This document shows positions 18,173-27,882 of a DNA stretch of 64,000 bases, in pieces. How positions within the stretch are numbered: position 1 is the first letter of the stretch; the number at the start of each line of letters is the position of its first letter. The notes below the pieces were generated by a model, which saw nothing but the letters and a program-made list of their open reading frames with translations, made no database searches and was not told where the DNA came from. Made by a program: the position numbers and the translations under genes. Origin of the DNA: Nanobdellota archaeon (GTDB taxonomy: Archaea > Nanobdellota > Nanobdellia > Parvarchaeales > Parvarchaeaceae); NCBI GenBank assembly GCA_021818905.1, contig JAKASS010000001.1:15648-79647 (forward strand), read 5' to 3'.

Positions 18173-19303
18173 CTACAAACTAAAATTGATTCCTTCGAAT
18201 GTCTTTTCTATCTTTTCGAGACGCCGACCGTCGTTATTCTCCAAGAGCATTGCTTCCACCTGCAGGAAGGTAACCTTTTCTCTTCTCTTATTGAAGTTCT
18301 CGTTAAATGTATTGACTTTTTCTATTAGCATCTTCTTCAGCTCTCCACTAAGCAACTTTCCTTTCTTATAATCGGTTCTTAAATCCTGTGCTTCGGCTTC
18401 ATTTAGGAAATATGACGACAGGTAAAGAAAGGGTATGTCCACATCTGGGTTGCCACCCAATTTTCTGTGCTCCTCGACGGTGTCTCTGCCGCCGCTGAAA
18501 GCTGAACTAACTTTTTTCTTTACGGTTTCTGGACTATCATTTAAGAATATCGCAACATCCGGTCTAGACTTTGACATCTTAAGTCCGTCCATCCCAGGCA
18601 TGAATCTAGCATGTAGTATTGATGGTTTGTTGTAACCTGCCCTAGAGGCTAAATCTCTAGCCAAACGCAAGTGCGAATCTTCGTCTGGTCCTATCGGCAC
18701 GAGGGTGTTTTTTATTCCGTATGCTATTTCTGGCAGTAGAACGTGTGAAGATTGAACAGATGGATAGAAGTGTAAGCCTAGATTGTCTTCATTCTTATAA
18801 CCATAAACCGCTTTTATCTCCGACATCGTGACATGCCTAGAAAGGTCCATCGCTACGTTGAATATTTCAGTAAAATAAAAATCAAAAACGACCTTTGTAA
18901 GCTTGGGCTTAAAACCGTAGGCTATTAGGTCCACGATTAAATTTATTCCGTTCTTTACCGCATCGTCTCTTGTTTTTACCTTCTTGGCTACATAGCTTTC
19001 GTCGTCGGATAAAGGTATGTAAACCTGTACTCCGTATTTTTTTTGGAAGAAAAGGTTCGTATCAAATACTATTTTGTGACCGAGTTGGAAAGTCGTCGCG
19101 GATGGGTTTAAACCGGAGACTATCGCCGAGTCTTCGCCATTCTGTAATTTTTTAAAGAAAACATCAAAATCCCTGTGCGAATAGAACAATCCCTTGTTAA
19201 AAGTGTAAAAATCCGGAAAACTTTTCAGTGAAGAAAAACGTTGAGCATTAAAACTAGTAACCAATTTCTCGTTATCTTCCAATATACCAGAGACGGTTTC
19301 CAT
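18173..19303 (-). CDS. trpS: tryptophanyl-tRNA synthetase (archaeal/eukaryotic type)
   Basis: IPLSDDESYV block, KMSKS, GGRDTVEEHRKLGGNPDVDIPFLYL block. The HIGH position reads QLGH. Confidence 0.8.
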   Translation of the reverse strand: METVSGILEDNEKLVTSFNAQRFSSLKSFPDFYTFNKGLFYSHRDFDVFFKKLQNGEDSAIVSGLNPSATTFQLGHKIVFDTNLFFQKKYGVQVYIPLSDDESYVAKKVKTRDDAVKNGINLIVDLIAYGFKPKLTKVVFDFYFTEIFNVAMDLSRHVTMSEIKAVYGYKNEDNLGLHFYPSVQSSHVLLPEIAYGIKNTLVPIGPDEDSHLRLARDLASRAGYNKPSILHARFMPGMDGLKMSKSRPDVAIFLNDSPETVKKKVSSAFSGGRDTVEEHRKLGGNPDVDIPFLYLSSYFLNEAEAQDLRTDYKKGKLLSGELKKMLIEKVNTFNENFNKRREKVTFLQVEAMLLENNDGRRLEKIEKTFEGINFSL

Positions 19304-19362
19304 CCATAGTTGATTATGAACTCTTATGTTTTAAATGTTTATAATCAAAGAATGCGCGACGC

Positions 19363-19545
19363 TTAATATTTTCTTACGCCGTTTATGTTCTTGCTCATCC
19401 AAGAATAAGCCCTAAGCTTTGCGGTCTTGCCGTAACCACAGTGAGAACAGTAATGTTTTCTTTTGAGGTAAGATTCCTTACCGCAACGCCTGCATTGAAC
19501 ATGTGGTTGCTTTCTGTTGTGCAACCCCATTGATGCTGTACTCAT
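19363..19545 (-). CDS. rpl37e: 50S ribosomal protein L37e
   Basis: 60 aa, CRRCGKESY...CSHCGYG zinc ribbon. Follows the Sm gene with a 4-nt overlap, as is typical in archaea. Confidence 0.9.
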   Translation of the reverse strand: MSTASMGLHNRKQPHVQCRRCGKESYLKRKHYCSHCGYGKTAKLRAYSWMSKNINGVRKY

Positions 19546-19772
19546 ATAGTCGGAGAGATAAGGATTATCGTGTCTCCTCTTATGAAGACATTACCCAATT
19601 TTCTCAGTGTTTCGCCGTCTTTTTTCTCTTCGGCGTTCTCGAGCGTTACGTTTATGTGAACATCAAATGCTACTAGTTTACCGGTTATCGCATGACCATT
19701 CTTAAGCTCTGTCAGGATCATCTTACCTTTCGCCGCGTTCAATAAATCCAATGGTCTGCTATTTTCTGACAT
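19542..19772 (-). CDS. Sm-like archaeal protein (SmAP/LSm)
   Basis: Sm1/Sm2 pattern: LKNGHAITGKLVAFDVHINVTLENA...VFIRGDTIILI. Confidence 0.9.
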   Translation of the reverse strand: MSENSRPLDLLNAAKGKMILTELKNGHAITGKLVAFDVHINVTLENAEEKKDGETLRKLGNVFIRGDTIILISPTI

Positions 19773-19775
19773 GTT

Positions 19776-21410
19776 TTACTCGTAACCGCCCGGTCCGCCA
19801 GGCATTTGAGGCGGCTGATTCGCCGATTTGCCTGCGGCGATTATATCATCTATCCTCAATATCATTATAGCGACTTCGCTGGCGCTTTTTATGGCTTGTT
19901 TCTTTGTCCTAAGAGGTTCTATCACTCCCTCCTTGTCCATGTCAGATACTGCAGGTTTGTATACGTCTGAGAGATTAACGCCCGCCCATACTCTGCCTTT
20001 TTGATGCGCTGCTCTTATGTCAACTAATATGTCTATGGGGTCGAGTCCTGCGTTCTCCGCTAAAGTCTTTACGACTATTTCTAGCGAGTCTGCAAACGAA
20101 TTTACAGCAAGCTGCTCTCTTCCTTCTAGCTTCTTGCCAAATTCTCTTAACTGTCTAGAAACTTCCATTTCGCACGAGCCGCCACCTGCGACTATCGCAC
20201 CGTTGTCCTCTATGACTGCACGAAGGTCTCCAAGACTATCTTCGATTGCTCTCTGGACTTCATCAATAACATGTTCTGTACCGCCCCTTATCAATATGGT
20301 CACCGCTTTAGGATTCTTGCATTCTTCTATGAATGCCAGAGTTTCGCCAGCCAGCTTTTCCACCCTGACTACGCCTGCGGATCCCAATGCATCGCCCTCT
20401 AATTCATCTAAAGAAGAAACTACCTTTGCGCCAGTCGCTTTTCCGATTTTCTTGATGTCATTTTCGGAAACTCTCCTGAAAGCAAGTATGCCAGACTTTG
20501 CCAAGAAATGTTGCGCTGTATCGTCTATGCCTTTCTGACAAACCAATACGTTCGCACCTGATTCCTTTACCTTTTTTACCATGTCTTTTAACATTTTTTC
20601 TTCTTCATCTAGAAATGCACCGAGTTGTTCCGGTTTTTCTATCCTTATCTGTGCGTCCACGTTCGTCTTCTCTATCTCCAAAGCCATATTTACTAGCGCT
20701 ATTTTCGCGTTTTTGACGACGTCCGGCATGTCTGGATGGACTTTTTCCTTGTCGATTATGACTCCCTTAACTAGTTTGGAGTCTGCAAGTCCACCGCCGA
20801 CTTTCTTTTCTATCTTTATATCGTCTAAGTCTACACTTTCATTTCTTCCAACCGCAGATTTTACATGCCTTATAGAATCGACAATAAGGTTTACCACGTG
20901 TTCATCACCCCCGGTGCTTTTTCCTATAGTCGCTGTCTTTACGACCTTTGCCAGGTCCTCTTTCTTATTTACATCGAGCTTTATGCTCATTTTGTCTAGA
21001 ATCGTCTGCGTTTCATTTGCAGCGATCTTATAACCTCTTGCGATAAGAGTAGGATGTATGCTTTGGTCTAGGAGCACTTCTGCGCTTTTAAGGAGCTCTC
21101 CTGCTATTATTACCGCAGTAGTTGTGCCATCACCTACCTCTTCTTCTTGGGTTTTTGCGACTTCGACTATCATCTTAGCTGCAGGATTTTCGACTTCCAT
21201 GTTCTTAAGCACAGTCACGCCGTCATTTGTAATTGTTATGTCCCCTATATTGTCTACAAGCATCTTGTCCATCCCTCTAGGACCAAGAGTGGATTTTACC
21301 GTGTTCGCTATCGCCTTTGCTGCGGCTATGTTATTTCTCTGCGCATCCTTGCCACTAGTGCGCGTGTAGCCCTCCGGTAAAATGAAAATTGGTTGTATTC
21401 CTTCTGCCAT
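19776..21410 (-). CDS. ths: thermosome subunit (group II chaperonin)
   Basis: 544 aa. [27 protein letters not shown] blocks and a C-terminal GGPGG tail. Confidence 0.95.
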   Translation of the reverse strand: MAEGIQPIFILPEGYTRTSGKDAQRNNIAAAKAIANTVKSTLGPRGMDKMLVDNIGDITITNDGVTVLKNMEVENPAAKMIVEVAKTQEEEVGDGTTTAVIIAGELLKSAEVLLDQSIHPTLIARGYKIAANETQTILDKMSIKLDVNKKEDLAKVVKTATIGKSTGGDEHVVNLIVDSIRHVKSAVGRNESVDLDDIKIEKKVGGGLADSKLVKGVIIDKEKVHPDMPDVVKNAKIALVNMALEIEKTNVDAQIRIEKPEQLGAFLDEEEKMLKDMVKKVKESGANVLVCQKGIDDTAQHFLAKSGILAFRRVSENDIKKIGKATGAKVVSSLDELEGDALGSAGVVRVEKLAGETLAFIEECKNPKAVTILIRGGTEHVIDEVQRAIEDSLGDLRAVIEDNGAIVAGGGSCEMEVSRQLREFGKKLEGREQLAVNSFADSLEIVVKTLAENAGLDPIDILVDIRAAHQKGRVWAGVNLSDVYKPAVSDMDKEGVIEPLRTKKQAIKSASEVAIMILRIDDIIAAGKSANQPPQMPGGPGGYE

Positions 21411-21499
21411 ATAGTACCTCCAAAAACTGTTCTTTAAACTTCATCATTCGTTCGCTTTATACGATTATCTATAGAGCTTAGTTTAATATTTAAAGTTTT

Positions 21500-21726
21500 C
21501 TAAAGCGCCGGCGTTGTCGTTTAATCGTTTTTCTGTCGTTTAATCGCTTCTTCTATAGTTTTATTCGACAAAAACTCTAGCTCAATATTTAGCTCAAACA
21601 TCTCTTGAATAAGCACAACGATGTTGTTGTCGGAAATAAACAAGATCACATCTAGCCTTTAATTCTGTAGTTTTATTCCTTAATCTGTAGTTTAATAAGT
21701 AATCAAACTACAAAGCCTAAAGCGCC
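21500..21726. promoter_or_regulatory. repeat-rich part of the 405-bp thermosome / GalT-like divergent intergenic region
   Basis: TGTCGTTTAATCG x2 (21515, 21534). CTAAAGCGCC x2 (21500, 21717). CTGTAGTTT x2 (21665, 21685), the second pairing with AAACTACA (21705..21712). Confidence 0.3.
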
Positions 21727-21815
21727 CTCCAAACGCAATTACTGGCTTCGGTTTTTAGTCGGTAAGAAAGGTCTTTATTTGGGGGTTTCCTATAAAGAGA
21801 TATATTTGTTAACAC

Positions 21816-22814
21816 ATGCTTTGGATGGAAGATCAGAATCTTTTGGGGAGCGAGATAAGGCAAGACTACCGAAACGGATTTTATTCTATAATGACCCTCG
21901 GGCGTAGCAAGCGGCCTAAGGGGCTCGAAGAAGAGACTATAGAAACGATGGACATCTCTAACTGCCCTTTCGAGCGCGCGAACGATTCTATGACTACGGA
22001 CATAATGCGATATGGGGGCCCCTGGCAGATCAAAGTCATACAGAACAAATATCCCGAACTTTCCGGTAACACTCCATTTGGTGAAACTGTCGATAAAGAC
22101 GGCCTTCTAACGCACATTGGCGGCTATGGATATAATGAGGTTGTAATAGAAAGCCCGGTCCACACAGAAATTTTCGAAGCTTTTTCGCCGGAGAAGTTAA
22201 TAGATTGGCTAAATGTAATCATAGACAGAGAGGAAACGCTTTATGCTAGACCATACATAAAATATGTCCAAGTCTTCAAGAATTATGGCGTTATCGGCGG
22301 TGCCAGCCTTGGGCATCCACATACACAGATAATTGCTTGGCCTGTCCTAATAGGACTGATAAAAAAAGAACTAGATATCTCAAAAAGCTACCGCCAAACT
22401 AACGGAACCTGCTTATACGAAAAGATATATGACATCGAAAAAGGAAGGGTTCTTATCGATAATAATAGCTTTTTTGCTATAGCGCCTTTCGGTTCACGCA
22501 TAACCGCAGAATCTATGATTGTGCCAAAGAGGCATGTTAGCTATGCAGGTGAACTTTCAAGCGTTGAAAAGTATGATTTCATTTCCATACTAAAAACTGT
22601 TCTTCTAACGAACCGAAAACTCTACGGAAATCAGGCTTACAATTTCACAATACACGAAATAAAAGGCGACCCAGATTTTCACATGCACCTCGAAATATAT
22701 CCGCGTCTTTCTACGATGGCCGGCATAGAGCTTGGGGAGAATGTATTTGTAAATACGGTTATACCTGAAGAATACGCAGAAGAGTTTAGAAATTCTTTAA
22801 AAAACTCAGATTAA
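21816..22814 (+). CDS. GalT-family hexose-1-phosphate nucleotidyltransferase / NDP-sugar phosphorylase (HIT superfamily)
   Basis: IQNKYPEL, NEVVIESPVH, KNYG..GASLGHPHTQI (HxHxQ active site). Confidence 0.75.
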   Translation: MLWMEDQNLLGSEIRQDYRNGFYSIMTLGRSKRPKGLEEETIETMDISNCPFERANDSMTTDIMRYGGPWQIKVIQNKYPELSGNTPFGETVDKDGLLTHIGGYGYNEVVIESPVHTEIFEAFSPEKLIDWLNVIIDREETLYARPYIKYVQVFKNYGVIGGASLGHPHTQIIAWPVLIGLIKKELDISKSYRQTNGTCLYEKIYDIEKGRVLIDNNSFFAIAPFGSRITAESMIVPKRHVSYAGELSSVEKYDFISILKTVLLTNRKLYGNQAYNFTIHEIKGDPDFHMHLEIYPRLSTMAGIELGENVFVNTVIPEEYAEEFRNSLKNSD

Positions 22815-23726
22815 TTTTTTATCTGCTAAGAACTTTCTCGCATCTAGAGCTGCCATCGATCCCCAACCAGCGGCTACGACTGCCTGTTTGTACACTTTAT
22901 CTTGAACGTCTCCGGCAGCAAATACTCCATCTTTGCTGGTCCTAGTAAAATCATGTGTCGTAATATAACCGTGCCCATCTATCTCTAGCTGCCCTTTGAA
23001 AAGCTCGGTATTTGGAGAATGGCCTATCGCTACAAATAGTCCGCCGACCGGCATGGTCGTTTCTTTGGATGTAACAAGATTTTTTATCTTAACTCCGGAT
23101 ACGTGTTCCATTCCTAATACATCGACAACGATGCTGTCCCAGATTATTTTTATTTTAGGATTAGATAGAACGCGTTCCTGCATTATTTTGCTTGCCCCAA
23201 AGGTTTTCTTACGATGTATGATGGTAACGCTCTTCACAAGCCTTGAGAGATAGCTTGCATCTTCCATTGCGCTATCTCCTCCACCTACGACTACAACATC
23301 TTTGTTCTTGAAGAATACGCCATCGCAAACTGCGCATCCCGAGACTCCTTTGCCGATCAATCTTTTTTCGTTATATAGACCTAGCCAATTTGCATTCGCA
23401 CCAGACGCGATTATAATCGAATATGTCTCGTATTCCTTCCCGCCGGCGGTTACTTTATATGGGTAAGGGTGCAGGTCTACTTTAGTTGCATCTTCGTCTA
23501 ATATGCGGCATCCCAATCCATTCGCGTGCTTATATAAGTTATCCATAAGATCCGGACCGAGTATCGAAGGAAATCCAGGATAGTTTTCTACTGCAGAAGT
23601 AAGCATCAATTGCCCGCCTGGAAGCGAACCACGTATAAGAAGCGGAGCAAGGCCGTCTCTCACGGCGTATATCGCAGCTGTATATCCGGATGGGCCGGAA
23701 CCTATTATTATGACCTTTTCGACCAC
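22806..23726 (-). CDS. trxB: thioredoxin reductase
   Basis: GSGPSGYTAAIYA FAD motif, redox CAVCDG, GGGDSAMEDA NADPH motif, GDV FAD tail. Confidence 0.9.
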   Translation of the reverse strand: MVEKVIIIGSGPSGYTAAIYAVRDGLAPLLIRGSLPGGQLMLTSAVENYPGFPSILGPDLMDNLYKHANGLGCRILDEDATKVDLHPYPYKVTAGGKEYETYSIIIASGANANWLGLYNEKRLIGKGVSGCAVCDGVFFKNKDVVVVGGGDSAMEDASYLSRLVKSVTIIHRKKTFGASKIMQERVLSNPKIKIIWDSIVVDVLGMEHVSGVKIKNLVTSKETTMPVGGLFVAIGHSPNTELFKGQLEIDGHGYITTHDFTRTSKDGVFAAGDVQDKVYKQAVVAAGWGSMAALDARKFLADKKLI

Positions 23727-23808
23727 AGAGGTATATACTAATTCCCTAAATAAATGCTTTTATCCAAAATTTGGTTAAATTTTTATACGCGGATGTACTA
23801 CTCATTGG

Positions 23809-25584
23809 ATGGTCCAGAACTACTTTCTAGCGGAAGTCTCATTTGAGGCAGGAAACAAGGTTGGGGGGATCTGGACTGTACTGACTTCGAAATCTGCTTA
23901 TGTAAAAGAAGCTTTTGGCGATAATTATCTTGCGATAGGTTTTTACAATCCAAGCCAGGCCGCAGTTGAATTTCTGGAGTCTCCGCCGCCGCAATACATA
24001 AAAGATGCGATACGTGATTTCAAACTAGACGGCGTAAAGATTTACTTCGGCAAATGGGTCTCTGCAAATGACGCGAATATCGTTCTGATAGACGCAAAAG
24101 GGTTCGAAGAGATGCACGTTAACGAGATAAAAGGCGAATTCTGGAAGCTTTTCGCTATAGATTCTTTGGATTCGCCATCCGACTACAATGAGCCGCTTGC
24201 CTGGTCTTATGCCGCTGGTGCATTCATAGAAGCATTGAGTAAGCACATAAACATGAAAATGGTAGTCCAGGCACACGAGTGGCTTTCTGCCGGCGCAGTC
24301 CTTTATCTAAAATCGAAAAATGTCGCTGTGCCGTCCAATTTTACGATACACGCTACGGTACTTGGGCGAGCCTATTCTTATTCTGGCGGGGACATTTTTA
24401 CATTGATCAATGGCAATCTCGCGATCGACGGCTCTATGCCTTACAAATATAGAGTCGCAGCAAAACATCTTACGGAAAAAGCCGGGGTGACAAATGCAAC
24501 GGTATTTACGGTTGTCAGCGAGATCGTCAGAAAAGAGGCGGAAGTCATCCTTGGGAAAAAGGCTGATTTCGTCGTGCCTAACGGCATAGACCTGATAAAC
24601 CTGCCAGACGAAGATGAACTTGATGACCTGCGTCTAAACGCAAAGACGAAGTTTAACAGTTTTCTTAATTCTTATTTTCTTCCTTATTACGATTTCAATG
24701 GGAAGGATGTGCCTATATTCTTTACTGGCGGGCGATACGAATTTTATGACAAAGGCTTCGACTTATTCATAGACGCATTGGGGAAATTAGACAAGATGCT
24801 TGGCGACGACAATTATGTAATAGCCTTAATCGCTGTGCCGACGGGAACCATGGGAGTTAAGAACGAGATAGTGGCAAACTATCTGACTTATCTCAGCATA
24901 AAATCATCGCTTGATGAAGACCTTAAAAATTTTGACCAGCTTGTATCCTCAGACCCAAACGTCCTGGCTTCAAATCTTGACAAAGCTTATAGCAAGATAT
25001 TAAATGACGCCCGACGGCAGGTCTCGCAGTTGAGGCGGCCGAAACCGACTAATCCCCCCACCTGCCCACTGATCCTGTCTTACCCAGAGGACGGTGATCC
25101 CATAATAACCAAGTTAAAGCAAAACGGCTTAGAAAATGGAGTCAACAATAGAGTAAAAGTCATCTTCTACCCCAAATTCCTTACTGTCGGCGACGAACTA
25201 TTAAATTTAACGTATAATGAGGCGCTTACTTTATCCACGGCCAGTTTCTTCCTTTCAAAATATGAACCGTTCGGCTACACGCCTTTAGAAGCCGCAGCGC
25301 ACATGGCGATATCGTTTACGACCGACCATTCTGGGTTTTCTGGATATTGCATAAACCTTATGAAAGCGGAATTAAGGGGGGTATTTGTAGAAAAACTCAT
25401 AGGCCAAAGAAGGGAGGATGCTGTAGCTAAAATATCCGAAGACATGCTAAGACTCGTACTTACCGGCAAAGAAGACATATTCAGATACCGGATTGCCGCG
25501 AGGAAACTCGCCGAGAACTTTGGCTGGGAAAAATTCATGCCGGTATATCTTGCCGCATATGATTCGGCTCTTAAGAAATCGTGA
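23809..25584 (+). CDS. GT3-type (eukaryote-like) glycogen synthase
   Basis: N-terminal EVSFEAGNKVGGIWTVLTSKSAY matches the GT3 signature (E..NKVGGIYTV). 591 aa. C-terminal SKYEPFGYTPLEA block. Confidence 0.7.
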   Translation: MVQNYFLAEVSFEAGNKVGGIWTVLTSKSAYVKEAFGDNYLAIGFYNPSQAAVEFLESPPPQYIKDAIRDFKLDGVKIYFGKWVSANDANIVLIDAKGFEEMHVNEIKGEFWKLFAIDSLDSPSDYNEPLAWSYAAGAFIEALSKHINMKMVVQAHEWLSAGAVLYLKSKNVAVPSNFTIHATVLGRAYSYSGGDIFTLINGNLAIDGSMPYKYRVAAKHLTEKAGVTNATVFTVVSEIVRKEAEVILGKKADFVVPNGIDLINLPDEDELDDLRLNAKTKFNSFLNSYFLPYYDFNGKDVPIFFTGGRYEFYDKGFDLFIDALGKLDKMLGDDNYVIALIAVPTGTMGVKNEIVANYLTYLSIKSSLDEDLKNFDQLVSSDPNVLASNLDKAYSKILNDARRQVSQLRRPKPTNPPTCPLILSYPEDGDPIITKLKQNGLENGVNNRVKVIFYPKFLTVGDELLNLTYNEALTLSTASFFLSKYEPFGYTPLEAAAHMAISFTTDHSGFSGYCINLMKAELRGVFVEKLIGQRREDAVAKISEDMLRLVLTGKEDIFRYRIAARKLAENFGWEKFMPVYLAAYDSALKKS

Positions 25585-26731
25585 GTCCCCTATCAAGATT
25601 CGATAAGATGTTCATATAATTTATATACGCGGTGTAAGGAGAATTATAGGCGTTGAAATATTTGTGTATGTCCCCGTCCGCAAACCACTTAGTGCACATA
25701 TAATAAAAATTGTCCGAGGTCTGTAAAATCCTCCACTTCCTTATCGTATCCTCATTATTTGTGGATAGGATCCTTTCTCTCATGGAGGAAAGCTTCTCAA
25801 ACGCCGCATTTTGCATCTTATTGCCGAGCCAAGCTGAAACGTCCCTGTCCAAGTCGGCCCACGACATTATGTCTGGCACATCCAATACTCCGACCGGCTT
25901 TATGGAAGCTGTCTCACTGACCGTATTAAATCCTATCCCCTTTTTTATCAGTTCGTCCGGCAGGTGCCTAAGAAAATCAAATATGCCGGTTTCGCTCCAC
26001 TGGTGCTCCCCAAAAGTCTCATAATCCATAAAAAGATTCACTGTATCGCCTTCATTGTGAGATATCCAATCGGCATATTTTTCCGCGGTCAACGGCCATT
26101 CTTTCCAACCCCTAGAAGAAAACCTAAAAGCGATGTCGTCGCTAAGCCTATAATTTCGCAATAGGACCGATATATTATTAGATGGGGGGGAGTAAACATA
26201 ATTTGGCGACCTCCACCCTAATGACTTTTCCCAGCCTTCCGCGATTACGCCTTTGTAACCAAGCCTGCCAGCGATGGCGGCTATCTCATTTGAATACATG
26301 GCCTCGGTATTTCTAAATACCGCCGCTTTCTTGCCAAAATATCTTTTGATGGCTTCTGAATGTCTCTTTATCTGAGCTAAGAACTCTTCCTTATGTATCA
26401 GGAAAGCTAGAGAGTGATAATAAGTTTCATTAAGAAGTTCAACGTTCCCAGTATCTATAAGATTTTGAAAAGCGATTATAACATCCGGTCTAAACATCTC
26501 TGCCTGCTCTAAAAACGTCCCTGTAAGCGAAAAGCTCATCTTGAACTCGGGATATTCTTTCACGAGATCTGTAAGGACCTTAGTCGCTGGCATATAGCAC
26601 TTGTCGCTTACTTTATTGAAAATTTCCCTATTCTTTTCCGTGTCTATAAAGTCATCGCCCTTTTCGAACGAGAATATCCGTTTAAGCCTAAAAGGCTGGT
26701 GCACTTCAAAATAAAAAGTTATGTTCGGCAT
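25571..26731 (-). CDS. glycoside hydrolase family 57 (alpha-amylase-like)
   Basis: FYFEVHQPFRLK N-terminus, MDYETFGEHQW block typical of GH57. Confidence 0.75.
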   Translation of the reverse strand: MPNITFYFEVHQPFRLKRIFSFEKGDDFIDTEKNREIFNKVSDKCYMPATKVLTDLVKEYPEFKMSFSLTGTFLEQAEMFRPDVIIAFQNLIDTGNVELLNETYYHSLAFLIHKEEFLAQIKRHSEAIKRYFGKKAAVFRNTEAMYSNEIAAIAGRLGYKGVIAEGWEKSLGWRSPNYVYSPPSNNISVLLRNYRLSDDIAFRFSSRGWKEWPLTAEKYADWISHNEGDTVNLFMDYETFGEHQWSETGIFDFLRHLPDELIKKGIGFNTVSETASIKPVGVLDVPDIMSWADLDRDVSAWLGNKMQNAAFEKLSSMRERILSTNNEDTIRKWRILQTSDNFYYMCTKWFADGDIHKYFNAYNSPYTAYINYMNILSNLDRGLTIS

Positions 26732-26837
26732 ATCGTGTTTAAATCATCTTATACTATTTTAGTTTAGCATAATACGCTTTTATATTTAGATAACTACTGA
26801 CAAGCTTTTATAAAAACAAAATAGTATAGAGTTGTAT

Positions 26838-26910
26838 GCCCCGATAGTCTAGCGGCCAAGGACTTCGCCCTTTCAAGGCGGCGACCCGGGTTCGAATCCC
26901 GGCCGGGGTA
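26838..26910 (+). tRNA. tRNA-Glu(UUC)
   Basis: GCCCCGA TA GTCT..GGAC, anticodon arm TCGCC-CUUUCAA-GGCGG, CCGGG TTCGAAT CCCGG. The acceptor has a G1-U72 pair and an A7-C66 mismatch. Confidence 0.75.
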
Positions 26911-26922
26911 AATTTGAACTAT

Positions 26923-27633
26923 ATGAAAGAGAAAAACCTGCCTAAAAGATTAAGGGAGTATCTGGATGATGACGAAGACGTAGAGTCGTCCTACAAAAAC
27001 TACTACGCTACGAATAAAAGACTGATACAACTAGGGCGAGGAGGTTTTAGCGAGGTTGAATATCAGCATATAACTGCGATAAATTATGATAGTGCCCTGC
27101 TAAGGCCGTTGTTCGCGGCAGGAATCATTATACTTATAGCAGGAATAACCGATTTCCTACTCTACAAAGGCGAGGTATTGGGAATTTGTGGGGCAATTGT
27201 TATAGCGCTGGCTTTCACGATTAGGATTAAGCGTTACCGAGTGCGAACATCCGGCGACCAAAACTTTGACGTATATGGTCAAAACCGGGATAGCGCGGCG
27301 TTCCTTAGAGTGATAAGAGAACATTCCGCTCCACAAAAGCCTGTTGTGGTTGTACAGAAGAGATACTACAGCGGAGCCAAGGACGGATACCAGCAAAAAT
27401 TCAACGAACAAAAAGCTAAAAAAATAATGTTAAAATATCTGGCCGTCTCAAATGAGCACGTCATGAAGATGGATGAGATTGCATTCGTAAAAGACGAAGG
27501 CATTTGGCGTTTCTTTGTAGAACTTGGCGGTGTCTACAAACAGATAGACATAGACAATAACGGCGACATTGTCAAAGATGAAGAATTCGATACTATAGAG
27601 GAATATAGAAAGAAGCTTCAGTATCTTGGTTAA
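26923..27633 (+). CDS. membrane protein with bacterial-PH-like N-domain, function unknown
   Basis: YYATNKRLIQLGRGGFSEVEYQHITAINYD pattern followed by two hydrophobic segments. The track start 26914 is TTG; ATG at 26923 is preferred. Confidence 0.5.
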   Translation: MKEKNLPKRLREYLDDDEDVESSYKNYYATNKRLIQLGRGGFSEVEYQHITAINYDSALLRPLFAAGIIILIAGITDFLLYKGEVLGICGAIVIALAFTIRIKRYRVRTSGDQNFDVYGQNRDSAAFLRVIREHSAPQKPVVVVQKRYYSGAKDGYQQKFNEQKAKKIMLKYLAVSNEHVMKMDEIAFVKDEGIWRFFVELGGVYKQIDIDNNGDIVKDEEFDTIEEYRKKLQYLG

Positions 27634-27678
27634 AATTCGACGCAATAATATTACGGTCTTGCCTCTGATAAATATCAA

Positions 27679-27882
27679 TTAACTTAGCCCGTATTTTTTC
27701 TTTATCTTGTGCACCTTCGGAGCTATGACCATCATGCAGTATGGCTGGTGGGGGTGTTTTTTATAATAGCTCTGATGATGTTCCTCCGCCGGATAAAATA
27801 CCTCAAATTTTTCCACTTCCGTGACTATCGGCTTTTCAAAGCTAGTACGTAGCTGCTTGATGGTCTCACTTTTGCTTTCCAC
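27679..27882 (-). pseudogene. msrA: C-terminal remnant of methionine sulfoxide reductase A
   Basis: Only the tail VFYPAEEHHQSYYKKHPHQPYC is present. No GCFWG catalytic N-terminus anywhere nearby. Confidence 0.6.

Noticed and set aside
20017-21380. Several + strand ORFs (173, 150, 103, 77, 72 aa) inside the thermosome gene
   Set aside because: They are antisense shadows of a strongly supported 544-aa chaperonin gene, with Ser/Phe/Leu-rich low-complexity translations and no motifs.
26837-26911. Alternative tRNA-Glu boundaries shifted by 1 nt to remove the A7-C66 mismatch
   Set aside because: The shifted acceptor pairing destroys the T-arm (CCGGG/CCCGG), so the 26838..26910 fold was kept with lower confidence.
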